From an uncultured Ignavibacteriaceae bacterium (GTDB taxonomy: Bacteria > Bacteroidota > Ignavibacteria > Ignavibacteriales > Ignavibacteriaceae), in the NCBI GenBank assembly GCA_963714775.1, contig CAVQQN010000030.1:50553-114552 (forward strand): a DNA stretch of 64,000 nt, read 5' to 3'. Shown here piece by piece: positions 35,271 to 46,055 of the stretch. The notes below the pieces were generated by a model. That model made no database searches and was not told the DNA's origin. It saw only the letters and a list, made by a program, of their open reading frames with translations. The position numbers and the translations under genes are program-made. Every line of letters starts with the position of its first letter. Within the stretch, counting starts at the first letter, position 1.

Positions 35271-35814
35271 AATTTAACTCATTTAACCTAACAAGTCAAA
35301 TTAATAATTATAAAATCTTTTCCTCGATATCATATAGAATTTAGACTAGGTATATAATCGGCAGTAATAAGGAAGTATTCAATCGACCAAAAGGATGAAA
35401 AAAGAACTACACCCATTGGGTGATTGGTTAGAACCATTTTGCTTTTTAAGAATATAGTAATACCTATACATGAATTTTTTAATTTATGTCTCTTAAACAG
35501 TTTACTGAACCTGGTTATTATAAAATTGTTTGGCTTTCCGCAGAAAATTATTGTTGTGGTGTTCAACTAATTAGGTATTATCAATACATGCGGAAGCCAT
35601 TTTGGCGAAGGGAATAGCTGAAGAACGATTTGATTTGTTTACGGAAATTGGCGCAGAAGTCTTGTATATACTTGATATACTTCGATTAAAAGAAACAAAA
35701 GAACATCCGAAGAAGATTTTAAAAAGTATCAAGTTTGTAATTTCAGAACATATTTTCTAGGATTAAAGATATTACTTGACTCGCCTAATTTTTTAAAATA
35801 TTGAAAATCGTAAA

Positions 35815-35995
35815 AATTATATTTGCGTTAACCACTCCTCCAATTTCTTTGCGATAATAATGGCTGCCGGAGGATAACAATTAGATTATATAGTTACAGT
35901 ATAGCCCAAATCCATATACATCGATAAATGAGAATTGATTCCGCCTGCACCACTGCTATGCCCAATTGCTAAAAGATACCCTAATAAAATGGATT
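35815..35995 (-). pseudogene. Remnant of a class-C beta-lactamase-fold serine hydrolase (C-terminal ~55 codons, in-frame stop)
   Basis: Minus-strand translation gives ILLGYLLAIGHSSGAGGINSHLSMYMDLGYTVTI*SNCYPPAAIIIAKKLEEWL. This resembles the conserved GH(S/G)GGxPG...SN..PP tail of that family. No upstream body is present. Confidence 0.4.
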
Positions 35996-36096
35996 TAAAG
36001 ATTATATGTTCAAGTTATATTTTTATGCAAATTATTTTTCGCCTAATAGAAAGTCACTCCAATAATTTATTATTGAAGCAACTATTTTAATTTATA

Positions 36097-36543
36097 TCAA
36101 TAACTCTTATGCGAACTAATCAGTATCGGAGAGTAACTATCTAAATGTTTTGGGGATATGTAATCACGATAAAAGTTTAAACACAGCTTATTCACTCGTT
36201 CACTTTCATCATATTTAATTGCTTGCTTAACAGCATAAACTCCTCGTGAATCTCCGATTTTAATAAGTGAAAGCGCAGCCATAATTCTCGATTCTTCGTT
36301 GTCATCACTCTTAAGAATTTTCATTAATGGAATAACAGCTTCTTCAGATTTCACTTCACCAAGAAAATAAGCGGAGCTAATCATTAACCCCTGGTTTTCC
36401 GAATTAATACCATTTATAAGATTGGTAATTACCAAATTTCTATTCATCACATTCTTTTTAGCCGGATCAGTCTTTCCAATACTGAACGAACTGACTGTAA
36501 TCGTTAAAACAAAAAAAACGCTGAGAAATAATCTTGTTTTCAT
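36097..36543 (-). CDS. HEAT-repeat protein with signal peptide
   Basis: The N-terminus MKTRLFLSVFFVLTITVSSFS is signal-like. A HEAT-like repeat reads PLMKILKSDDNEESRIMAALSLIKIGDSRGVYAVKQAIKYDESERV. Confidence 0.6.
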   Translation of the reverse strand: MKTRLFLSVFFVLTITVSSFSIGKTDPAKKNVMNRNLVITNLINGINSENQGLMISSAYFLGEVKSEEAVIPLMKILKSDDNEESRIMAALSLIKIGDSRGVYAVKQAIKYDESERVNKLCLNFYRDYISPKHLDSYSPILISSHKSY

Positions 36544-36681
36544 TTTGTTGCCTCCTAAATGAATAATTAATTTTTAACATCTGTGGCAATTATAAAGTGA
36601 AAGTAATGAGTTGTAAACCTTTTAAGGATGGAAGGTAGATTGAGGTGATAGGAATGAAAATATAGGGGAAATAGTACCTGG

Positions 36682-36897
36682 TTACTTTAATGAATTTTCT
36701 GAAGTAAAATAAAAATTACTTGAAGCTGTTAAAGATTCAATTTCTTTGATTGAAAGTTTCATATCTTTTTTTTCCAACAATTGTGCTATAACCTTTTGAT
36801 CACCTGAATTATTTTGTTGAAACAAAACATTTGCGGCTCCAATTAATCCGACAAACAAAAATAAAGTTAAAATAAAAGATAAGATTACCCGGAACAT
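36682..36897 (-). CDS. Small membrane-anchored hypothetical protein
   Basis: The 71-aa ORF has one N-terminal TM segment (ILSFILTLFLFVGLIGAANVLF). It lies co-directionally upstream of the HEAT protein. Confidence 0.4.
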   Translation of the reverse strand: MFRVILSFILTLFLFVGLIGAANVLFQQNNSGDQKVIAQLLEKKDMKLSIKEIESLTASSNFYFTSENSLK

Positions 36898-37019
36898 AGT
36901 GTTTCTTTCTTTTTATTGATTTTCTACACAATGAAGTTGATCAATATTAAACTTAAAATCAATAGATGTATCAACAAATTATAATTATTTTTAATCATTA
37001 AAATTTAATCGATTAGAAA

Positions 37020-38061
37020 ATGAAAAATAAATACTCTCCTAATTTGGATGGTTTTTTAAAAACGCTTAAAGGTGAAAATGCAAATTACTTTCCTTTAGCT
37101 GAGCTTGGAATTCATCCCAAAATAAAAGAACTTTTACTTGATAAAAAGTTAATCAAGCTTAAAGATGAAGTTGAGTTCTGGCGTTGTGCCGGGTACGATT
37201 ATATAAAACTCCAGCCAAAGGCAGATTTTAATCCTCAAAACATCGGGTTGGATAAAAATGTTTCATATAATGATGATGGAACAATTTTTAGGAAATGGGC
37301 TTCGGAAAGCAGAGGTGTAATTACCAGTTTGCATGATTTTGAAAAATATAAATTTCCTTCTGCTTCTGATTTTGATTATTCAGACTTTGAGAACGTTCAA
37401 TCATTATTACCTGAAAGAATGGGAGTTGTAGCACAATACGGAGATATTTTTACAATGACCTGGAAGATGATGGGATTTGAATCCTTTTCCTTAGCTCTTT
37501 TTGAAAATGAAGAATTAGTAAGCAGATTGAATAACCAACTTGGCGATCTTGTTATTAGTATGTTTGAATACTTTGTTCAATCAGATTCCGTGGACGCGAT
37601 TTGGTACAGCGATGATATTGCATACACAAATGGCCTATTAGTTTCACCGAAGGTTTTGAATAAATATTTTTTTCCGTGGTTAAAAAAGATTGGCGATTTA
37701 GCAAAACGATATAACAAACCGTTAATTTATCACAGCGATGGAATCCTTTATGATTTGATGGATAATATTATTGGATGTGGAGTCAAACGCAATCCACCCA
37801 ATTGAGCCAAAGGCAATGAATATTGCAGATGTAAAACAACAATACGGTGATAAACTTTGTTTAATCGGAAATATAGATGTTGATTTACTTTCAAGAGGCA
37901 CAGTGAATGAAATCAGTGAAAATATTTACAAGAATATTGAACTTGCCGGTTATGATGGTGGCTATTGTGTTGGTTCCGGTAATTCAATACCTGAATATGT
38001 AAAAATTGAAAATTATATAGCGATGATTACAACAGTAAAAGAAATTAATTCAAATCTTTGA
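37020..38061 (+). pseudogene. Uroporphyrinogen-decarboxylase (URO-D) family methyltransferase (MtaA/CmuA-like), one frame break
   Basis: ORFs 37020-37805 and 37771-38061 are colinear. The C-terminus reads AIHPIEPKAMNIADVKQQYGDKLCLIGNIDVDLL...GYCVGSGNSIPEYVKIENYIAM. The break fits an extra A in gtcaaacgc near 37785. Confidence 0.7.
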
Positions 38062-38075
38062 AATATTATATTGCT

Positions 38076-38960
38076 TTATTTTCTTTTTTGATTGTACTCT
38101 CCAACAATTCCAGAAATAATTTTAATGTGTTCTGGGGTTGTTCCGCAGCAACCTCCTATAATGTTTGCACCCGCATCTATTATCCTCGGGACAATTTCTT
38201 TTAGGATAGAAGGAGTTTCGGAATAAACAAGTAGTCCATTTTCAAGAACTGGTAGACCTGCATTTGCCTGTATAAGCACTGGTATATTTTGAGAGACTTC
38301 TCTAATCCTCCTGACTATTTCTATCATCAATCTTTAAATCCGGAACCACAATTTGCACCGACAATATCAGCACCGCAGCGTATTAGTGATTCAGTCATTT
38401 GCTGTGGTGTAATACCAGTTAAAGTTCTGAAATCATTATCGGATTTATCAAAGGTAAAAGTGCAGGCAACTTCCAACGAGGTATTATCTTTAATAGCTTT
38501 TATTGCTTGTTCAGCTTCATCCAACGCATAGAAAGTTTCTATACAAACTGCATCGGCTCCTCCCTCTTCAAAAGCAACAGCTTGTTGTCTAAATGAACTA
38601 TACAACTCATCTTCAGTTACTTCGCCGGTTATTAGAAATTTTCCTGTTGGACCTAAAGAAGCCATTACAAATTTTTCCTTTCCTGCGGCTCTACGAGAAA
38701 TCTCTACTGAAGATTTGCATATCTCACCCAACTTTTCTGAAAGGTTATATTGAGATAATTTAAATCTATTCGCACCAAAGCTATTTGTGGATATAATATC
38801 CGAACCGGCTTCGAGATAATTTTTTGCTATATCTAACACATCTTCATAATGAGTAAGATTCCAGGCCTCAGGACAGTCACCACTTACTAATCCCTTTCTA
38901 AAAAGGTATGTTCCCCAGGCTCCGTCAGAAACTAAAATTTTTCCGTTTTCAATTATTTTA
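38076..38960 (-). pseudogene. Homocysteine S-methyltransferase domain protein (MetH N-terminal module-like), one frame break; start codon unclear
   Basis: The sequence reads ..KILVSDGAWGTYLFRKGLVSGDCPEAWNL...GSDIISTNSFGANRFKL...IVGANCGSGFKD, then continues in another frame as IEIVRRIREV..IIGGCCGTTPEHIKII. The GGCCG Zn-site motif is present. No ATG lies upstream of the conserved N-terminus. Confidence 0.7.
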
Positions 38961-38966
38961 GATAAT

Positions 38967-39686
38967 TTATTTAGAATGATCTCTCCTATAACAAAAGTCT
39001 ATATCACAAATTGAACATTCATAATTATTTTTCTTAACATTTTCACCAATCCCAATTATGGCACTAATAGATTTAACCGGATTCATCATCGAATCATTAT
39101 TTATGGAAACTCCACAAAAATTAGATGGTAGCAGAGAGAATAATTTTTTTTGATCTGCCACATCCCATCCGCAATAACCGGGGCTGTAACGATTAGTTAT
39201 TTTCAGTCCATATTTATCAAGATACTCATGAAGATAAATTTCTGTTTTATCTGTCACTTTTTCAACTAATTCAGATCCAATCTTATCAACCAAATAACCT
39301 TTCAACATTTCATTACTATCCATATACTTTTTAGACATAGACTCAAGCTCATCACCTAAAGTTGAGATAATAAATGCTACTGTATCAGAATCCTTAAGGT
39401 ATGAATGAATTATATTTCCGCAATTAAAAACCTGGTTATAAATAGTAAACTTATCATGGTCTATATTAACTTTTTTGGAAGAAAATATTTTGAAGCCGCT
39501 TCGCATTTTAACTTTTGTTGGAAGAATTCTTATTATTGATTCGAGTGATTCTAGGACAGGCTCGGGTACGGTTTCATAATCATAACCAAGTAACCTTATT
39601 ATATGCTCTATATTTACCGCGCATTCAGTATAACTTAAATTTAATTCTACAATGTAGGTTTGATTAAATATTTCTAAAGTCTTCAT
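38967..39686 (-). CDS. Stand-alone MetH activation-domain-like protein (Met_synt_B12 family)
   Basis: From Met39 of ORF 38967-39800 the sequence reads MKTLEIFNQ...RYSPGYCGWDVADQKKLFSLLP...GVSINNDSMMNPVKSISAIIGIG. The start at 39686 lies 7 nt after the upstream stop. Confidence 0.6.
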   Translation of the reverse strand: MKTLEIFNQTYIVELNLSYTECAVNIEHIIRLLGYDYETVPEPVLESLESIIRILPTKVKMRSGFKIFSSKKVNIDHDKFTIYNQVFNCGNIIHSYLKDSDTVAFIISTLGDELESMSKKYMDSNEMLKGYLVDKIGSELVEKVTDKTEIYLHEYLDKYGLKITNRYSPGYCGWDVADQKKLFSLLPSNFCGVSINNDSMMNPVKSISAIIGIGENVKKNNYECSICDIDFCYRRDHSK

Positions 39687-39693
39687 TAAATAT

Positions 39694-40362
39694 TTATATA
39701 AATTTTTTATTAAGATAGTCAAGCATTCCCTGCGGATCGTGAAAATATTCATCGGCGTTAATAGAATTTGCAAATGCTTTTGTAACTGGTGCTCCACCAA
39801 CTACAATTGAAATGCTGGTTGTTTCCAATTTGATTTTTCGAACTATATCATTCATATTTTGCATAGTAGTTGTAAGCATTGCGCTTAATCCAACAACTTT
39901 TGCAGAATTAGTTTTTATTGCTTCAATAAATCTATTTGCGCTAACATTAATTCCTAAATCTATAACCTGATAACCGCCGCCTTCTAAAACCATTTTAACA
40001 ATATTCTTACCGATGTCGTGAAGATCACCTAAAACTGTACCCAAAATTACTTTGCCCTTGTAGTTAATTTCACCAGATTTGAAATATAGTTTTAAAAGTT
40101 CCATTGCACTGTTCATCGCTTTTGCAGATATAAGAACTTCAGGAAGAAATATTTTTCCGTTTTTAAATTGATCCCCTACTATTTTCATGCCGGGCAGCAG
40201 TCCAAGATTTAATATATCGTTAGGAGATATTTTATTTTGTAATGCTTTTTCTGTTAATTCAACCGCTCCGGGCAATCCTTTCATATCGGGTGGATAAGTT
40301 GAACCTTTATTGACTCTTCCCTTTTCAATGCAATAGCTTAGTTGTATAAGGTTATCATTCAT
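39694..40362 (-). CDS. Corrinoid (cobalamin)-binding protein (B12-binding_2 cap plus B12-binding Rossmann domain)
   Basis: The DxHxxG motif appears in VLGDLHDIGKNIVKMVLEGGGYQVIDLGINV. It is followed by VVGLSAMLTTTM and VVGGAPV. Confidence 0.85.
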   Translation of the reverse strand: MNDNLIQLSYCIEKGRVNKGSTYPPDMKGLPGAVELTEKALQNKISPNDILNLGLLPGMKIVGDQFKNGKIFLPEVLISAKAMNSAMELLKLYFKSGEINYKGKVILGTVLGDLHDIGKNIVKMVLEGGGYQVIDLGINVSANRFIEAIKTNSAKVVGLSAMLTTTMQNMNDIVRKIKLETTSISIVVGGAPVTKAFANSINADEYFHDPQGMLDYLNKKFI

Positions 40363-40550
40363 ATCTAAAAAATTATGATGAATTTTACATTAATTAAAAA
40401 TAGTCAATAGAGTTGAGATTGAGAATTGTGCAAAATTATTTTCCAAGTCTAATTGTTAATTTTAAGAAACTTATTTATGTTCGGTTGCAAATAATCATCT
40501 TGCTTTACTAATACAAAATAAAATTTTTATTAATAATAAAATCCCGCCAA

Positions 40551-41963
40551 ATGAATAAACCAAAAACTGAATTAATACGCGGACTAACATTAACCGCGGC
40601 CATTATGATAGCAGCAGGATCAATGATCGGTTCCGGAATATTTAGAAAACCTGCAACTATGGCCGGTCAATTAATGTCACCCGAATTGCTTTTGATAGTT
40701 TGGTTGGTTGCCGGAATTATAACTTTTATAGGCGCCCTCTGTAATGCAGAGGTCAGCGGCATGATTGATGCAACTGGCGGGCAATACGTCTATTTTCAAA
40801 AAATGTATGGTAATTTTATTTCATATTTGTATGGATGGTCGGTATTTGCTGTAATTCAAACAGGCAGTCAGGCAGCAATAGCTTATGTATTTGGGGAGTA
40901 TCTGGGATACTTTATTAAGTTTCCTCAACTGCCACAGGCAATACAGGATTTTTCTTTTTACATTCCCGTTGTTGGAAACATTTTTCCATTTGCAGAGTTT
41001 GGTGTAAAAGTGGTTGCTATACTATGTATATTATTTCTTACCGGTGTTAACTATATAGGAGTAGTTTTTGGCGGTGCTGTTCAATCTTTTATAACTTTTA
41101 TTAAAATAGCCACAATAATTTTCTTATCAATTTTTCTGTTTGCCGGCGGCACCGGAAGTTTTGATAATATTTCAACTGGATTTGCTATTCCAGAAGCAAC
41201 AGCGATAAATTTATTTTCACTTATAGGACTAGCACTTGCGGGAGCTTTTTGGGCTTATGATGGCTGGAACAATGTAACTTTTGTCGCGGGTGAAATTAAA
41301 AATCCACAACGAAATGTACCTTTAGGATTATTATTTGGGACACTTATAGTTATTATAGTTTATATGCTGATTAATGCTGCATATCTGTATGTACTACCAG
41401 TAGAGAAAATGGCAAACTCTCCTTTAGTTGCGGCATCAGCTGCTGAAATTATTTTTGGACATTATGGTGCATCATTAATTGCTATTGCCGTAATAATATC
41501 GACTTTTGGTGCACTAAATGGAAGTATATTATCAACTGCAAGAGTATGCTTTGCAATGTCTCGCAGTAATATGTTTTTCAAAAAACTTGGTGAAATTCAT
41601 CCCAAATTTGGGACACCACATACGTCTCTGATTGCACAAGGACTTTGGTCTTGTTTGTTAGTTCTTTCGGGTTCGTTTGATACTATCACAGATTATGTAA
41701 TATTTGCTGCCTGGCTGTTTTATATGCTAGGAGCTTACGGAGTAATAGTACTGAGAAAAAAAATGCCGGATGCCCCCCGCCCTTATAAAGTCTGGGGTTA
41801 TCCATATACTCCAATAATTTTTGTTTTATTCTCTTTTTTATTTTTAATAAACACACTGGTTTCTGATTTAGAAAACGCAGCAATGGGCACTTTACTAATC
41901 TTGCTCGGTCTGCCGCTTTATTTTTGGCGCACCTCGAGAAATAAAATGATTCAAAATAAATAA
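40551..41963 (+). CDS. APC superfamily amino acid/polyamine permease
   Basis: The 470-aa ORF is predicted to have 12 TM segments. Motifs include MIAAGSMIGSGIFRKPA and WAYDGWNNVTFVAGEIKNPQRNVP. Confidence 0.85.
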   Translation: MNKPKTELIRGLTLTAAIMIAAGSMIGSGIFRKPATMAGQLMSPELLLIVWLVAGIITFIGALCNAEVSGMIDATGGQYVYFQKMYGNFISYLYGWSVFAVIQTGSQAAIAYVFGEYLGYFIKFPQLPQAIQDFSFYIPVVGNIFPFAEFGVKVVAILCILFLTGVNYIGVVFGGAVQSFITFIKIATIIFLSIFLFAGGTGSFDNISTGFAIPEATAINLFSLIGLALAGAFWAYDGWNNVTFVAGEIKNPQRNVPLGLLFGTLIVIIVYMLINAAYLYVLPVEKMANSPLVAASAAEIIFGHYGASLIAIAVIISTFGALNGSILSTARVCFAMSRSNMFFKKLGEIHPKFGTPHTSLIAQGLWSCLLVLSGSFDTITDYVIFAAWLFYMLGAYGVIVLRKKMPDAPRPYKVWGYPYTPIIFVLFSFLFLINTLVSDLENAAMGTLLILLGLPLYFWRTSRNKMIQNK

Positions 41964-41981
41964 TTAAGGAAAGTATATATT

Positions 41982-42344
41982 ATGCCTAAAGAAATTCTAT
42001 TCGTTTTACTTGGTCTTACAGCCGGTGCATTTAGTGGTGTTGTTGGATTAGGTGGTGGAGTTATAATTGTTCCTGCTCTTGTTTTTTTATTTGGACTAAC
42101 TCAACAACAGGCTCAGGGAACTACATTAGCACTTATGGTACCACCGATTGGCATACTAGCAGCATATACATATTATCAACAGGGATTCGTAGACCTTAAG
42201 ATTGCCGGTTTGATTTGTATTGGATTTATTTTTGGTGGCTGGCTTGGTGCAAAATTTGCCGTCAGTCTTCCGCAAAATGTTTTGCAAAAAATATTTGCAC
42301 TTTCATTATTTTTTATTTCGTTAAAAATGTTTTTTAGTAAATGA
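41982..42344 (+). CDS. TauE/SafE-family small membrane protein (half-size)
   Basis: The 120-aa ORF has about 4 TM segments. GVVGLGGGVIIVPALVFLFGL is typical of the family. Confidence 0.6.
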   Translation: MPKEILFVLLGLTAGAFSGVVGLGGGVIIVPALVFLFGLTQQQAQGTTLALMVPPIGILAAYTYYQQGFVDLKIAGLICIGFIFGGWLGAKFAVSLPQNVLQKIFALSLFFISLKMFFSK

Positions 42345-42547
42345 TTGATAAAAAAACAATTAATACGGGAAATTTTAATTGTTTATTAAATCTTTTAACA
42401 AAGCACAAAATATTTAACATATTCAGCAAGTTTCTAATTACTTTATGTTAGTCTGATGAAACTCCTTAAATTAGAATTATCAATCATCATTATATTCTAA
42501 AAATCTCAAATATCTTTTGTATTTTTGAGCCCCAAAAACTGATTTTT

Positions 42548-44918
42548 ATGAAAAAATATTTGCTGCTATTTGTTATTGTACTATTAAGTTACTTAAATTT
42601 TGCTCAATCATTCGAACTGCAAATATCTGTTCTAGATGGGGAAAAAAGTATTCCAATTTCAAATGCTAATATTTATTTGGATAATACGCGTTTCGGAACA
42701 ACAAGTGAATCCGGACTTTCTACATTTCATAATATTAATATAGGCAGCTACTCTTTAGAAATATCTCATATAAGTTATAATACTTTCAAGGATGAGATTG
42801 TTGTAAATTCAAATACAGCCTTAAAAATTTTACTTTATCCGGCTAGTATTAAACTTAATGAAATTATTGTAACATCCAGTAAGTACGAAAAGAACATTAA
42901 CTTACTTCCGTTCTCTGTTGTATCAGTAAAAAAACAAGAAATTCAAAAGAGCAATTCGTTTACTGTTCCCGATCTTCTAAAAAGCGAATCTGGTATTTCA
43001 CTTTTAAGAGATGGAATATGGGGAACTGAAATAAGCATAAGAGGACTGAACCGCGCTAATATCGTAACATTAATTGACGGAAACAGAATTGAATCATCAA
43101 CCGATATAAGTGCCCGTCTTTCTATGTTCGATCTTAATGATATTGAGAGGATTGAAGTTATTAAAGGTGCTGCATCATCGCTTTATGGATCCGGAGCAAC
43201 CGGTGGTACAGTAAACATCATTTCAAGATCTGGAAGTTATAATAGCGAGTTTACTTTGAGTGGGAATTATTCCGGTGGTTATAATTCTGTAAATAATTTA
43301 TATACAAACGGACTTATCTATTTTTGCTTCTGGTAATGAATGGTTAACTAAGATTAGCGGTAATTTTAGAAAAGCTGAAAATATGCAAACTCCCTCTGGT
43401 GAGTTATACAATAGTCAATTTGAGGATAATAGTTTTAGTGCACTGTTTCAAGTTAAACCTTTTAAAAATCACGAAATAAAATTTAATTATCAGCAATTTA
43501 ATGCTTATAATGTAGGGATTCCTGGAGCTTTTCCTATTTTCCCCAATAGTGCTATCGTAACCTATCCTGAAGAACTACGAAGATTACTTAGTGTTGAATA
43601 TAAAATTCATAATCTTAGTGAATCACTCATAAAGTTATCTGCAAAATATTTTCATCAATTTATATCAAGAGATGTAGAAAATATTCCTGGAATCGTACAG
43701 TTTGTACCTGCTTCTAACGGCCAACCACCAAAACGTGTAAGTGTATTAAAGATAAATCCAGGCGCTGATCATAATGTTAATGGATTTCAGTCACAAGCGG
43801 ATTTTTCTTTTATTAATCATTATGTAATTACTGGAATAGATTTCTGGACACGAAATTATAATGGGCTGCGTTCAAAAGATCAGAAAATCCAAATATTAAA
43901 TCCAATTGATTCTTCAGTTGTTCAAACAATTTTTAAAAGTATTTTTGAAAAACCACTACCCGATGCCGATTTTAGCAACGCTGGAATTTTTGTTCAAGAT
44001 GAGATAGAACTGCATGAAAAATTTAACGTAACTCTTGGTGGAAGATATGATTTTATCTGGCTTAAAAATGCTGAGACTATAAATCCGTTATATGAAATAA
44101 ATGACGGAGTATTTAATAGCATACCAGCAGATCAAAAAGTAATATGGAATGCTGAATCAGCAGAAAATAAATCTTATGTTTTTAATATTGGCATAGTTTA
44201 CTCGTTAAGCGATGAGTCAAATATTACCTTCAATGCTGCAAGATCATTTCGTTCCCCTTCGCTTGAAGAGAGATATCAGTACATCGATCTTGGAAGCCTG
44301 ATAAGAGTTGGCAATCCTGGTCTTAAACCTGAACAGGGATATTTTTTCGATCTTGGTTTTAGAACGTTTCCAGAGTATATGAATTTGACTGCTAGTTTTT
44401 TTCTTAACTCATTAAATAATCTTGTAAGTGAAGAACCGGGAACATATGATGGGAGAAATGCTTTAATAAAAACTAACATAGGTGAAGTACTCTTATATGG
44501 ATTTGATTATTCAATAAAATATCAGTTGTTGAATCAACTTAGCATTTATCATAATCTTTCCTATGTTCGTGGCATAAATCAAAAGGATGATTCAAATCTT
44601 CCTCAAATTCCACCATTAAATGGTATCATTGGATTCGAATATCGTCCGTTCGATTGGTTAAATACAAATTTCACAGCGATTGTTTTCGACGCACAAAATA
44701 ATGTAACCGAAGGTGAGAAAGTTACACCTGGTTATGCAACTTTTAATCTTAATATTGATTTTTCAAATATTAGAATAGAGAATATTATTTTTGGAGTTAG
44801 CACCGGCATCGAAAACATTTTAGATAAAGAATATAGAAACCATCTTTCAACAAACAGAGGTTTAGTGATTAGTGAACCGGGAAGAAATTTTTATATCAAG
44901 ACAAACATTGCGTTGTAA
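42548..44918 (+). pseudogene. TonB-dependent receptor (CarboxypepD_reg plus plug plus barrel), one frame break near 43320
   Basis: The first part, 42548-43336, holds the plug (IEVIKGAASSLYGSGATGGTVNIISR). The second part, 43383-44918, holds the barrel (..PSLEERYQYIDLG.., ending ..GRNFYIKTNIAL). The bridging peptide SGNEWLTKISGNFRKAEN is readable in the second frame. Confidence 0.75.
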
Positions 44919-44944
44919 TTTGCAAACTATTATCCGGTTTTAAT

Positions 44945-45823
44945 ATGACTTGGTTTATCATAGCTATTTTATCTGCTTTTCTCTCTGCCTTTGCCGCCAT
45001 AACACAGAAGAAAGTATTATTTAATCTTGGAGCACTTGAGTTTTCATTTATATTATCGCTGGTAAATCTGGTCTTCTCAATCCCCTTTTTCTTTTTTATC
45101 GATTACCAAACTCTAACTTTGTTAAATCTATTTATACTATTTGTAAAATCAGTAATTGGTGTAGCTGCTTTTCTTTGTGTTATGATCTCTTTAAAAAATC
45201 TTGAAATAAGCAATGCATTACCACTACTTGCATTAACACCTGGTTTTGTTGCGGTTTTTGCTTATATCCTGCTCGGGGAATCATTAAAAGGTGTTGAAGT
45301 AATTGGACTTTTATTTTTAATTGTAGGAACATTTACTCTTGAAAGTAAAAACTTAAAGGATTTTATTTTCCCGTTTGATGCATTCAAAAAATCGGGGTAT
45401 CATCGTTTCATAATTTTGGCACTATTGCTTTTTACTGCTTCATCAATACTTGATAAATTATTACTTATAAAACTAAATCTTTCCCCAATATCAATAACTG
45501 CATTTCAGCATGTTTACTTTGCTTTATTATTTTCAATTATCTTTTTCATTTTTAACAAAAAAGAAAAGATCACATTTGCTGTTATGAAGAAAGATAACCT
45601 TATCTGGATTGCATTAATATCTCTCTTAACAATCGGATACCGTTATACACAGATTGTAGCAGTTAGCCTTGCATCCGTGGCATTAGTACTTGCAGTAAAA
45701 AGGACATCCGTTTTTTGGGCAACAGTTATTGGGGGTAAGCTATTTAATGATAAAGATCTGTTAAAAAGAAGTATTGCTGCAATATTTATTTTAGCAGGAG
45801 TGATTTTAATTTTAAGAGAATAA
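44945..45823 (+). CDS. EamA/DMT family transporter
   Basis: The 292-aa ORF has 10 TM segments and a two-fold internal repeat. Confidence 0.7.
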   Translation: MTWFIIAILSAFLSAFAAITQKKVLFNLGALEFSFILSLVNLVFSIPFFFFIDYQTLTLLNLFILFVKSVIGVAAFLCVMISLKNLEISNALPLLALTPGFVAVFAYILLGESLKGVEVIGLLFLIVGTFTLESKNLKDFIFPFDAFKKSGYHRFIILALLLFTASSILDKLLLIKLNLSPISITAFQHVYFALLFSIIFFIFNKKEKITFAVMKKDNLIWIALISLLTIGYRYTQIVAVSLASVALVLAVKRTSVFWATVIGGKLFNDKDLLKRSIAAIFILAGVILILRE

Positions 45824-45861
45824 TTTTTCTTATCATATTCACTACCTGAACACACCCTTTG

Positions 45862-45950
45862 CGGAAAGGGAGGGATTTGAACCCTCGATACCAGTTACCC
45901 GGTATAACAGTTTTCGAGACTGCCGCATTCAGCCACTCTGCCACCTTTCC
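45862..45950 (-). tRNA. tRNA-Ser (anticodon CGA)
   Basis: The reverse complement is GGAAAGGTGGCAGAGTGGCTGAATGCGGCAGTCTCGAAAACTGT..long variable arm..GGTTCAAATCCCTCCCTTTCCG. The anticodon loop is CTCGAAA. CCA is not encoded. Confidence 0.9.
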
Positions 45951-46055
45951 ATTTTTTTCAAAACAAAGTTATGAAAAAAATATTTATTATCGGATTTTAC
46001 ACTGCATAAAACTTTGTTAGAAACATTGGTTTCGATATATTTGAATTACAAATTC

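Noticed and set aside
35330-35566. 78-aa minus-strand ORF upstream of the LacI gene
   Set aside because: Its composition is low-complexity and hydrophobic. It lies in the remnant zone, has no recognisable family, and the opposite strand also shows broken reading frames. It is judged non-coding.
42345-42547. Looked for a cobalamin riboswitch upstream of the second TonB-dependent receptor, given the neighbouring B12 genes
   Set aside because: The spacer is almost pure AT. It has no B12-box-like GCCACTG core and no GC-rich paired regions, so nothing supports a riboswitch.
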